Below, one piece after another: positions 15,901 through 23,789 of a stretch of DNA of 64,000 nt (its first letter is position 1; every line of letters begins with the position of its first letter). Source of the DNA: an uncultured Acidobacteriota bacterium. GTDB taxonomy: Bacteria > Acidobacteriota > Blastocatellia > RBC074. The translations under genes were made by a program, and so were the position numbers. The stretch spans positions 480,001 to 544,000 of the forward strand of contig CAWCKY010000003.1 of the NCBI GenBank assembly GCA_963796275.1. Direction: 5' to 3'. Under the pieces are notes generated by a model. The model saw nothing but the letters and a program-made list of their open reading frames with translations. It did no database searches and had not been told where the DNA came from.

Positions 15901-16437
15901 GGCAAGACGCGCAGCAGAGTGCTGACCGGTGCGGCGGCGCGCGAGGAACTGGTAAAGGAGCAATCTGGTCAATACCGCATAGTGCACCTGGCGACGCACG
16001 GGATTCTGAACGACGTCAGTCCGATGTACTCGCACGTGATGTTGTCGCAGACGGCTGGGAAGAGCGAGGAAGACGGATTGCTGGAGGCCTGGGAGATGAT
16101 GAATCTGGATTTGAACGCGGACCTGGTTGTGCTGGCAGGATGCGAGACGGCGCGCGGGCGAGTGGGAGCTGGGGAAGGGGTGATCGGGATGACGTGGGCG
16201 CTATTCGTGGCGGGATGCCCGAGGACGGTGGTCAGTCAATGGAAGGTGGAGGCGTCGAGCACTACCGACTTGATGGTGGAGTTCCACAAGAAATTCAAGA
16301 CCAGGTACGGCGATCCACAACGGTCTGTTACCACCGCGGAATCGATGAGACAGGCGGCATTGAGGGTAATGAGGAACCCGGAATATGTGCATCCATTCTA
16401 CTGGGGCGGATTTGTTGTAATCGGGGATGGAAATTAA
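12012..16437 (+). repeat. ~960-bp near-identical direct repeat covering the CHAT-coding 3' ends (12012-12971 and 15478-16437)
   Basis: Offset 3466 bp; about 18 substitutions counted by eye, only 2 non-synonymous. Confidence 0.9.
13222..16437 (+). CDS. Exported NTF2-like/TPR/CHAT caspase-family protease, copy 2
   Basis: GAGG SD before ATG at 13222. Same architecture as copy 1 with the His-Cys dyad (HLATHG / LAGCETA) intact. Confidence 0.88.
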   Translation: MRFLRYLSPPAFGMLPIICLVLNGYVLGLTPLTQSSDSDAIRVLVQRLFESYQQKDLERLLSFWGEKSPFLAENKKALQGELAAYEKISVKGFDIRDTKIDGEKATLRVLVEAAVTRAYMVKPIEKIEKKSKTIDLVKEGGIWKVWRFTASEEELAAVIVATKTEDERKASMAKEPELMTSDLANALARQSTSDPVYKMGYQHALAMNQLAYEIARQVGDQFAMANALLGAGYIYGWLGTPKRSAELALESFQKSLNIGEEYGFKEIMAKSLIRSGVVYTVTTGEYAKAEECYQKGLKLAEELKDQELLFLAMNNMGVIHREQGNYVKALELWLKCLKMSENQLDSGVDWYRMARALQNIGGTFKVQRNHEQALAYNQRAIEAANKADTMGDPNAKLVIGTALASIGDVYLEQDKDSLAMDHYQKGLKLADEFVNPILVAKPMYVFTIKVRIGNALVAKKDMVQAITTFQEALELAEKSNNKTQIAYPLLRLSDVYLLQGDYRKALGFAERTISEAQQIGFKTNVFRALVIAAKAHQKLGQLEKAYLSLDSAIDLIEELHKQSAGGALDRQRSFEDSAAPYQAMIDLQVDQKRFTEAFSYAQRAKGRILLELLQNGRVNIDKSASETEREREQHLGKKIISLNREVTGEKLKSQPDEKRLAEFEEQLKKARLEFEAFQTTLYAAHPELKVQRGEIRSVSFDDASGLIPDTKTALLDFIVTDENVHLFVLTKNASAQPILNNYIIKIERKSLVEKVERYRRRMENRDYDFQALSQELYGLLIKPAHKQLQGKTNLIISPDSVLWDLPFQTLMSPELRYLIEDAAISYTPSLSVLREMQLAGNKKQARAKSSLLALGNPALGNRSKELVKFVKMDAELQPLPEAAAQVRALEGLYGKTRSRVLTGAAAREELVKEQSGQYRIVHLATHGILNDVSPMYSHVMLSQTAGKSEEDGLLEAWEMMNLDLNADLVVLAGCETARGRVGAGEGVIGMTWALFVAGCPRTVVSQWKVEASSTTDLMVEFHKKFKTRYGDPQRSVTTAESMRQAALRVMRNPEYVHPFYWGGFVVIGDGN

Positions 16438-16506
16438 CAGCGGCTGAAAGGCGGGATGACTTTCACATTGCTCGGGCTTGTATGTTCGCCTATACGGCAA
16501 ATATTG

Positions 16507-17856
16507 TTACTTCAGCCGCCCACTGGTTACACTCGTCAGCAACTGTTTAACGGTCGTCGAGCCCGGATTGGCTTCGAGCAGTGCGCGAAATTCCGCAGCA
16601 GCTTCATCAAATAGACCCATTCGAGCATAAATCACACCGAGCGTAAGGTGGGATTTAGCATAAGCCTCTTTGATCTTTTCCAGAGCATCCACTTCTGATT
16701 GACCCAGCACCCTGAATCGGGCTTCCCGAGCGTCCGGTGAGGGCGATATCATCTCGCGATTATCTCTGATGGCTCTTATCTGCCAGGAATAGCTTCGATC
16801 GCGCGCCAGCGGCGGAGAGGTCCATTCGTTTCCCGTCAGTGTCTTACTCGAGACGATCTCACGCAGATTGTTCCTATAGATCGTAACGGTATAGGCGGTT
16901 GCCCCGCTCACCCGTTTCCAGCGAAAAGTCGGCTGAGTCGTCGCTACAACTGACCCTACCGGGCTGATCGGGATGAATGACCTTTGTCCCCCTCGTTGAC
17001 CCATCAACCGTTTCTGTTCTCCCAGGAGATATGAGAGCTCCGCACTGGCGTTGACGCGTCCATTACGCAGTGCGTCTATAACGGCTGCCTGATGTTCCGA
17101 GGAAACATATCGTATGCCTTCCAGTTCCCCTCGATCATCAAGCGCAACTCGACCGCCCACATCGTTAAGGGCGATCAGGGATTTAGGAGAAATATTCGTA
17201 GACTTTAGCCCTAGAGCGCGATCCTGCAGCTCTCTATTATCCTTACTCAGTTGCTCCAATTGTGCTCGAAGGTCTGTTATTGCCGAGGCGTTATTAGTGA
17301 GAGAATCATTCTGCAGTTGAAGCTTTTTCACCTCGTCCTGCAACCCGCTAATTTTCTCCTGTGATAATATGACAAACCAGATCAATAGTGCTGCGGCAGC
17401 GCCCGTCGCGCCCACTTGAAACGGCATTCGATAAGATCGCCAGAGCACAGATAACTTCTCCCAGAATTGAGGCTGTGGCTCAGAAGCATAAACTTTTCCA
17501 AACGCCATATCCGTCTTGAACTTTCGCAGATCTCGGCAAACATCATCGCACTCCGAGCAGAGTTCCAGATGAACTCCGGCAATCCCGCGTTCGAGCTCGT
17601 CCAGTTCACTGTCGACATATGCCAGAAGCTGATCGAATGATAAATGTTCAAGCTCTTCGTTTTCAGCATGCTTGAGATCGGTCCGCGCGAAGTTGTATGT
17701 CGATGTGAGCAATGTCTTAGAATGGAATTTCCCGTAACACTCTTCACAGGTGGCGAGGTGCTCGTTAAGTACCAGTATTTGCGCCGGCGGCATCGATCGC
17801 CTCCGGTAGCTCGCGATATCTTCTTCTGTGTAGTGTTTAGTCAAGGTATCCCCCAA
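16507..17856 (-). CDS. Transmembrane anti-sigma-like protein: two zf-HC2 motifs, TM helix, coiled coil, beta-sandwich, C-terminal TPR
   Basis: H...EHLATCEEC and H...VHLELCSEC; TM GATGAAAALLIWFVIL; heptad region; PTFRWKRVSGATAYTVTI...YSWQIRA; LGVIYARMGLFDEAAAEFRALLEANP. Start may be the TTG at 17844. Confidence 0.72.
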   Translation of the reverse strand: MGDTLTKHYTEEDIASYRRRSMPPAQILVLNEHLATCEECYGKFHSKTLLTSTYNFARTDLKHAENEELEHLSFDQLLAYVDSELDELERGIAGVHLELCSECDDVCRDLRKFKTDMAFGKVYASEPQPQFWEKLSVLWRSYRMPFQVGATGAAAALLIWFVILSQEKISGLQDEVKKLQLQNDSLTNNASAITDLRAQLEQLSKDNRELQDRALGLKSTNISPKSLIALNDVGGRVALDDRGELEGIRYVSSEHQAAVIDALRNGRVNASAELSYLLGEQKRLMGQRGGQRSFIPISPVGSVVATTQPTFRWKRVSGATAYTVTIYRNNLREIVSSKTLTGNEWTSPPLARDRSYSWQIRAIRDNREMISPSPDAREARFRVLGQSEVDALEKIKEAYAKSHLTLGVIYARMGLFDEAAAEFRALLEANPGSTTVKQLLTSVTSGRLK

Positions 17857-18044
17857 TTCCTACAATGGAATTACATAAATCATATATATTAAAGAGAGGG
17901 GTGGTAATGGATGGAAGCTTGATGAGGTCGCGATTATATACAATATTACTGAGAATGTTAAGCAATTTGTCTCCTCGACTTCAAAAAATTTGGGCATCTT
18001 ATCAACAATCGGATCCTCAATGAGATTGGACTTAAATAGTCTTA

Positions 18045-19184
18045 TCAAAAAGATCTGCTCAATTCTTTCATACGTTTAGCCAGAAGTTTCCTGGCAGAAA
18101 GTCGTAATCGCATGACCTTTCGCTTCGTCGTCCCCAGATGCATCGCTATTTTCATATCGTCCCACGGAAGATCGACCCAGATGGCGGCAAACTCTTCCGG
18201 AGGCAAGTTAAGGCACGCGGCGATTTCCACGATCGTGGCAATCCTCAAATCCGCCAATGAAATGATGAGCCCGCGGTCACCGGAATCTCTGTCTATCAGG
18301 TTCAGCAGTAGAGCAGTCCGATGCGGAAGCGGCAGTTTGCATATCTCCCTCCACAGAGTTTGCAGGTAGAGTCGTTGTTCAACTTCTAATTCCATGCTCG
18401 CCTTCTCGGTGGGAGGGGGGGCTTCCTGCAAAACAGCTGGGTCCGTGGTTACTAGTCCATTGAAAGAGTTGCGAATATCGATACCGCTCAACTCGGCGAC
18501 TATATTGATCAGCTGTGTGAACAGCACAGGCCTTCCTGCGGCATTGAAGATCAGCGCGAGCTGCTCGGCCATACTCTCTCGGTGATTTTTACCTGCTTTT
18601 AAATAAGACCGGACAAACTTTTCCGAACTCTCGTTCGATGTCATTACCGATAATTTCGAAAGCTGATCGCGCCAGATCGAAAATCCCCCCACCCATCCGA
18701 TCTTATCATCCTGCCAGAGCGCAAACTCCGTCTGTGTGTTCAGGATATAACGGATATGATCCTTTAACCGGCTATGCTGAAAATTTTGACGGCGCGAGAT
18801 TTCAGAACAAGTGTTATGTGCGATTACCGCGGCATAACTCAGAAAATCTTTTATGGCATGATCGATGTTGCCGTTCTTCAAGTCTTGCAATTTGGTCAGC
18901 AAACGAACGACTACCTCGCTATGCAAATCGTTAATTTGTTGGTCAGGCTTTCCTCCGTTCATTTTCGCGGACTGGGAACTGAGTCTATAGCCGATAATAT
19001 GCCTGACAACCGGATCGATACGCTCAGCGAAGAGTTGAGCCAATATCTGGCGGGATCGCTCGTCGTTCTCCTCCAGTAAGTAGGGGTGCAAGAGAACATC
19101 TATATCTGTGATTCCGCTCTGTCTGTCATCAATGTTCAGAGACATGCTTTCGAGTTTGGACCGAGATTGAGGTATGAAAGACAA
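18045..19184 (-). CDS. Atypical enlarged ECF-like sigma-70 factor
   Basis: Region 2-like INDLHSEVVVRLL...FLSYAAVIAHNTCSEISRR; region 4-like LWREICKLPLPHRTALLL...KIAMHLGTTKRKVMRLRLSARKLL; lies directly upstream of a zf-HC2 anti-sigma. Alternative ATG at 19145. Confidence 0.7.
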   Translation of the reverse strand: MSFIPQSRSKLESMSLNIDDRQSGITDIDVLLHPYLLEENDERSRQILAQLFAERIDPVVRHIIGYRLSSQSAKMNGGKPDQQINDLHSEVVVRLLTKLQDLKNGNIDHAIKDFLSYAAVIAHNTCSEISRRQNFQHSRLKDHIRYILNTQTEFALWQDDKIGWVGGFSIWRDQLSKLSVMTSNESSEKFVRSYLKAGKNHRESMAEQLALIFNAAGRPVLFTQLINIVAELSGIDIRNSFNGLVTTDPAVLQEAPPPTEKASMELEVEQRLYLQTLWREICKLPLPHRTALLLNLIDRDSGDRGLIISLADLRIATIVEIAACLNLPPEEFAAIWVDLPWDDMKIAMHLGTTKRKVMRLRLSARKLLAKRMKELSRSF

Positions 19185-19446
19185 ACATCTGATTTGTAGT
19201 AGTCTGGAACATCCACCTTCGCAAGTTTAAAGATATGCTATTATTTGCTGCCTATTGTATAAGTTGCAGCAATCAGATTTTTATTTTGGGGAATATTCAA
19301 AACGAAGCAATTGTATATCTTTCAACTACTTTGATCAAAGGTGTAAGCAATAACAAAGGGTTTCGATCCGCTTTCGGAATAGATAAATATCCTACTGAAG
19401 GCGATTTCACACAGAAAATGAAGGAGTCGATACTCCGCAAATCCAA

Positions 19447-20445
19447 ATGACAAATCCGCCTCTCGTCGAAATCAAAGACCTCAAAAAATATTTCCCGGCC
19501 TCCCACAGACAACTGGTTCGTGCGGTCGATGGGGTGACGTTCTCGATCGAGCGCGGCGAGACGATGGGGCTGGTCGGTGAATCCGGATGTGGCAAGACCA
19601 CCGTCGGACGCTGCATCTTGAGGTTGATCGAACCAACCGGCGGCGAGATCCGATTTGATGGGCGGGAGCTGGTGCACCTCGGGCGCGGCGAGTTGCGTGC
19701 ACTGCGCCGCCGGATGCAGATAATCTTTCAAGACCCGTATTCGTCGCTCAACCCCCGATTGACGGTCGGCGCGATCATCGGCGAGCCGCTCGTGATTCAC
19801 GGCGTGCGCGTCAGAAAGGCACGGCGCGAACGGGTGGCGGAGCTTATGCATGTCGTTGGGTTGGATCCTGCATATGCCAATCGCTACCCTCATCAATTCA
19901 GCGGCGGGCAGCGACAGCGCATCGGTATTGCGCGCGCTCTCGCACTGAATCCCGATTTCATCGTGGCCGATGAGCCCGTCTCTGCGCTCGATGTCTCCGT
20001 GCAGGCGCAGGTGGTGAACCTGCTGCAGGATCTGCAGGGAAAATTCGGACTGACATATCTCTTCATCTCGCACGGCCTGGCAGTCGTTAAACACGTTTCG
20101 ACGCACGTCGGCGTTATGTATCTCGGCAAGCTGGTCGAACTCGCGCCAGCCGAGGAAATATACGAGAACCCATTGCATCCGTATACAAAGGCTCTGCTCG
20201 AAGCAATTCCTGTCCCGGACCCGGACCACCCAAGAAATGAAAGGGTGAGAGGCTTACCTGGTGATGTGCCGAGCCCACTTGCCCCACCTGCGGGCTGCCG
20301 TTTTCACACACGCTGCCCCAAGGTTATGGAGCGGTGCAGGGTCGAAGAACCACCATATCGCGAGATCGCTCCCGGGCACTGGGCTGCGTGTTTTCTGCAC
20401 GAATCGGATGTACAATCGCAATCAGCCGTTAAGTCAATTCGCTAG
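19447..20445 (+). CDS. oppF: Oligopeptide/dipeptide ABC transporter ATP-binding protein (OppF/DppF)
   Basis: [60 protein letters not shown]. Confidence 0.92.
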   Translation: MTNPPLVEIKDLKKYFPASHRQLVRAVDGVTFSIERGETMGLVGESGCGKTTVGRCILRLIEPTGGEIRFDGRELVHLGRGELRALRRRMQIIFQDPYSSLNPRLTVGAIIGEPLVIHGVRVRKARRERVAELMHVVGLDPAYANRYPHQFSGGQRQRIGIARALALNPDFIVADEPVSALDVSVQAQVVNLLQDLQGKFGLTYLFISHGLAVVKHVSTHVGVMYLGKLVELAPAEEIYENPLHPYTKALLEAIPVPDPDHPRNERVRGLPGDVPSPLAPPAGCRFHTRCPKVMERCRVEEPPYREIAPGHWAACFLHESDVQSQSAVKSIR

Positions 20446-20504
20446 GCGCCATTTTTGCCTATGCATTGATTTCTCTCTCTATCTCTCACCAACCAGGAGG
20501 AACG

Positions 20505-21287
20505 ATGAATCCCGAACTGAGCTATGCTCCCCAAAGCGACAAAGTTGAACCCGAGCCAACTCCACAAGGGTTTTTCAAACGTTTAATCGGAGTCTACTTT
20601 TCACCCGGCGAGACATTTCTAGAGATCGGACGCGCGCCGCGTGTGGTCGTCCCCATAATCGCATTGGTAGTTTTGAGTCTGTTGGCCGGGTCTATTCTGT
20701 CCGCCAAGATGCCGATGGAGAGCTTAATGGAGCAACAGGTGCAGCGTCAGATCGATTCGGGCCGTCTCAGCCCCGAGCAGGGAGAACTGCAGAAGCAGCA
20801 GATGCGAGCGTTTGCCCCCATAATAAAAGGTGCGACGCCGATCTTCATAACGCTGTACAGCATAATTCTCGGGCTGATTATCGCGGGCGTGGCCAAGCTT
20901 GTGAGCATGATGCTCGGTTTCGAAAATTACTTTAAATCGCTTTTCAGTGTTTCAGTCTATGCAATTTTGGCTGTCTCCATCATCTCGTCGGTATTACTGA
21001 TAGCTCTCATCTTCATAAAGCCGCCGGATGAGGTCGATTGGGAGAATGCGCTCAGTTCTAATCTGGCGGCATTGCTCTCCTTGGCGGGAATGGAGAGTCT
21101 ACCCAAATTTTTGAAGACATTTTTCAGTTATATCGATGTCTTTTTTATCTGGAGACTAGGTCTGCTCGCCATCGGTTTTGCGGCGGTCTCGAAGAAGCTG
21201 AAGACCTCGACTGCTTTGACATGGCTGGTGGTCGTAGCACTTCTGATCGCTGTGATTCACTCATCCTGGGCATCCGCCTTCGGTTGA
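20505..21287 (+). CDS. Yip1-family membrane protein
   Basis: AGGAGG SD before ATG at 20505; RLIGVYFSPGETF N-terminal motif; about 5 TM helices. Confidence 0.7.
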   Translation: MNPELSYAPQSDKVEPEPTPQGFFKRLIGVYFSPGETFLEIGRAPRVVVPIIALVVLSLLAGSILSAKMPMESLMEQQVQRQIDSGRLSPEQGELQKQQMRAFAPIIKGATPIFITLYSIILGLIIAGVAKLVSMMLGFENYFKSLFSVSVYAILAVSIISSVLLIALIFIKPPDEVDWENALSSNLAALLSLAGMESLPKFLKTFFSYIDVFFIWRLGLLAIGFAAVSKKLKTSTALTWLVVVALLIAVIHSSWASAFG

Positions 21288-21341
21288 AGCCGGCGAGGCA
21301 GATGAGTGGGATATCCGGCTCATCTGATTTAGAATTCGAGC

Positions 21342-21812
21342 ATGGCAATGACCAATCGAGAAATTGCCGATATATTTCGTAGACTCGCCGACCTGCTCGA
21401 GTTGCGTGACGAAAATCCCTTCAAGGTGCGGTCATATCGCACGGCCGCCGACACAATAGAAGATACGAAAACCCCGCTCGGCGAACTCATAGCCGCGGGC
21501 GGGGAGGGAAGGTTGCGGGAACTGCCCAGCATCGGCGAGGCGATCAGCAAAAAGATCATCGAATTGCTAGATACGGGAACCTTCAAGCTGTATGAGGAGG
21601 TGAAGGCTGAAATACCGGAGACGGTTCTCGATTTGCTTAAAGTCGAGGGCATAGGCATCAAGACGCTCCAACTTTTATTTCGGCAGTTTCACATTACGAA
21701 CCTCGACGATTTCGCGAAATTTGTAGAAGGGAACGGATTGAATAGCGTTCCGCGATTGAGCGAGAGGGCGAAGCTGCGAATCAGATCGTCCCTCAAGGCG
21801 CCGCGCTACTAG
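21342..21812 (+). CDS. Stand-alone helix-hairpin-helix protein matching the N-terminal domains of DNA polymerase X
   Basis: [52 protein letters not shown]; ends at 156 aa without palm or PHP domains. Confidence 0.75.
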   Translation: MAMTNREIADIFRRLADLLELRDENPFKVRSYRTAADTIEDTKTPLGELIAAGGEGRLRELPSIGEAISKKIIELLDTGTFKLYEEVKAEIPETVLDLLKVEGIGIKTLQLLFRQFHITNLDDFAKFVEGNGLNSVPRLSERAKLRIRSSLKAPRY

Positions 21813-21950
21813 GGGAGCCCCCGTTTTCTGAGGGCTCGATCGCAAATTTGGACTCTCAGATGTCTATAGACAACTATGACATACCCTCTTACAATGATCT
21901 TTGTAAACGCACTTTGCTTATAACCCATCATAAAATTCAATATCTGAAGG

Positions 21951-23642
21951 ATGATCTGTATGTGGACACAGAGGCGAACAGTAAGAAGAGAGCCTGTCTA
22001 TGATGTCGTGATTGTCGGGTCGGGTGCGGCAGGCGGAACAGCAGCGTGGGTGCTGGTTGAGGCGGGATTGCGAGTGGCTATGCTGGAAACGGGACCGCTT
22101 CGCAAGCACCTGGTCGATTTCCCTTATCATGAGGCGTCGCCGTTTCCTTACGAAGATCCGTACCGCGGATTAAAGACCGAGATCGAGCCGGGCGAAGAAT
22201 TCGCCCAGAAATATCGGATCCAGGGTTCATCTAAGGATGAGCCGTACACGACGCCTGAGAAGATGCCGTATGACTGGTTCCGCGCACGCAACGTCGGCGG
22301 GCGCACGATGTTTTGGGGGCGATTTGCCAACCGGTTCAACGAAGACGATTTCAAGGGATATTCGCGCGACGGTCACGGGAAGGATTGGCCGATCACCTAC
22401 AGTGAGATCGCTCCCTATTACGATACGGTGGAGAAGTTTATGGGCGTCTGTGGGGCGAAGGAGAATCACCCGGATTTGCCTGACAGCGATAACTTTCTGC
22501 CGCCGGTCGCCTACAAATGCTCGGACATTGCGATCAAGAACGCGGCCGAGAAGATCGGTATCCGGTCCATACGTGTGCGCCGCGCGATGTTGACCAGGCC
22601 GCACAACAACTATGCGCCATGCCATTATTGCAATGGGTGTGAAAATGGTTGCGAGACCCACTCATTCTATAACTCCGCCTTTCGCCAGGTTGTACCGCTG
22701 ATAGAGAAGCACCCTAAAACCTTCACGCTGATCACCAATGCTATGGCGCACAAGGTAAACCTCAATGCGAAGGGCTTGGCGAGCGGCGTCAGCTACATCG
22801 ATAAGGGGACCGGCAAAGCGCGCGAGGTCAAGGCGAATATCGTCGTCGTGGCATGCGGTACTCTGGAGAGCACGCGCCTGCTTCTGCTCTCAGGCATAGC
22901 AAATTCGAGCGGTTTAGTGGGCAAGAATTTCATCGAGCACCTGGATTATTCTGGAGCGAGAGCCTATTTCCCCGAATTGTTCTCGATCAACCGTGAAGCT
23001 GGAGATGGGATAGGAGGCTCGCACATTGTCATACCCTGGTTCGGTTATTTCCGACAGGATGAAAAGCGCGATTTTCTCCGCGGCTTTCAGATCGAACCTT
23101 CTTCAAAGATCCGCATGGGCCCGGACAATTCTCCCAAGAGAATCCCCGGGTTCGGCAGCGAATTCAAACGCGAGGTGCGCAAATACACAGGCGCACGCGT
23201 CGTGCTCAACTCACACGGCGAAATGCTTCCATCCTCGAAAAAATTCGTCGAACTCGATGCCTCCCTGAAAGACAAATGGGGTATTCCGGTCCTCAAGATT
23301 CATCATCCTTGGGAAGAGAACGACTACGCGATGTATAAGTACATCCGGCGGACTTACGAAGAGATTTTCGCCGCGGCGAAGGCGGTCGATATCCGGTTGC
23401 CCGATGGTCCCGACAAACCGGGCCATTCGATCCACGAGATGGGCACGATCCATATGGGCGGCGATCAGAAGACATCGGTGCTCAACAAGTTCAACCAGTC
23501 ATGGGATGTCAAAAATCTCTTCGTCGTTGACGCGGCGGCATTCACTTCCGGCACGCACAAAAATCCGACGCTTACGATCATGGCTCTCAGCTGGAGGGCG
23601 TCCGAACATATGCTTGAAGAGAAGAAGAAAGGGAATCTGTAA
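21951..23642 (+). CDS. GMC-family FAD oxidoreductase (glucoside-3-/gluconate-2-dehydrogenase type)
   Basis: [34 protein letters not shown] cluster motif, [18 protein letters not shown]. Exact start uncertain. Confidence 0.85.
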   Translation: MICMWTQRRTVRREPVYDVVIVGSGAAGGTAAWVLVEAGLRVAMLETGPLRKHLVDFPYHEASPFPYEDPYRGLKTEIEPGEEFAQKYRIQGSSKDEPYTTPEKMPYDWFRARNVGGRTMFWGRFANRFNEDDFKGYSRDGHGKDWPITYSEIAPYYDTVEKFMGVCGAKENHPDLPDSDNFLPPVAYKCSDIAIKNAAEKIGIRSIRVRRAMLTRPHNNYAPCHYCNGCENGCETHSFYNSAFRQVVPLIEKHPKTFTLITNAMAHKVNLNAKGLASGVSYIDKGTGKAREVKANIVVVACGTLESTRLLLLSGIANSSGLVGKNFIEHLDYSGARAYFPELFSINREAGDGIGGSHIVIPWFGYFRQDEKRDFLRGFQIEPSSKIRMGPDNSPKRIPGFGSEFKREVRKYTGARVVLNSHGEMLPSSKKFVELDASLKDKWGIPVLKIHHPWEENDYAMYKYIRRTYEEIFAAAKAVDIRLPDGPDKPGHSIHEMGTIHMGGDQKTSVLNKFNQSWDVKNLFVVDAAAFTSGTHKNPTLTIMALSWRASEHMLEEKKKGNL

Positions 23643-23667
23643 AAGGCAAAAGGCAAAAGGCAAAAGG
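23641..23667 (+). repeat. Heptamer tandem repeat (AAAAGGC)n
   Basis: AAAAGGCAAAAGGCAAAAGGCAAAAGG immediately after the GMC stop codon. Confidence 0.7.
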
Positions 23668-23789
23668 GAGAAGACAGGAGAGACAGAGGATAGAATGGTG
23701 GGATGAATCCCCTGTCATTGAATTCTGCCTTCAACCTTATGGCTTCTTTCTCGCGATTCCTGTCTTCTGCCACTTTTGTCTCTTGATTT

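Noticed and set aside
12012-16437. CHAT repeat pair as a DGR template/variable repeat or an IS duplication
   Set aside because: Differences are mostly synonymous and not adenine-specific; both copies are coding; no transposase.
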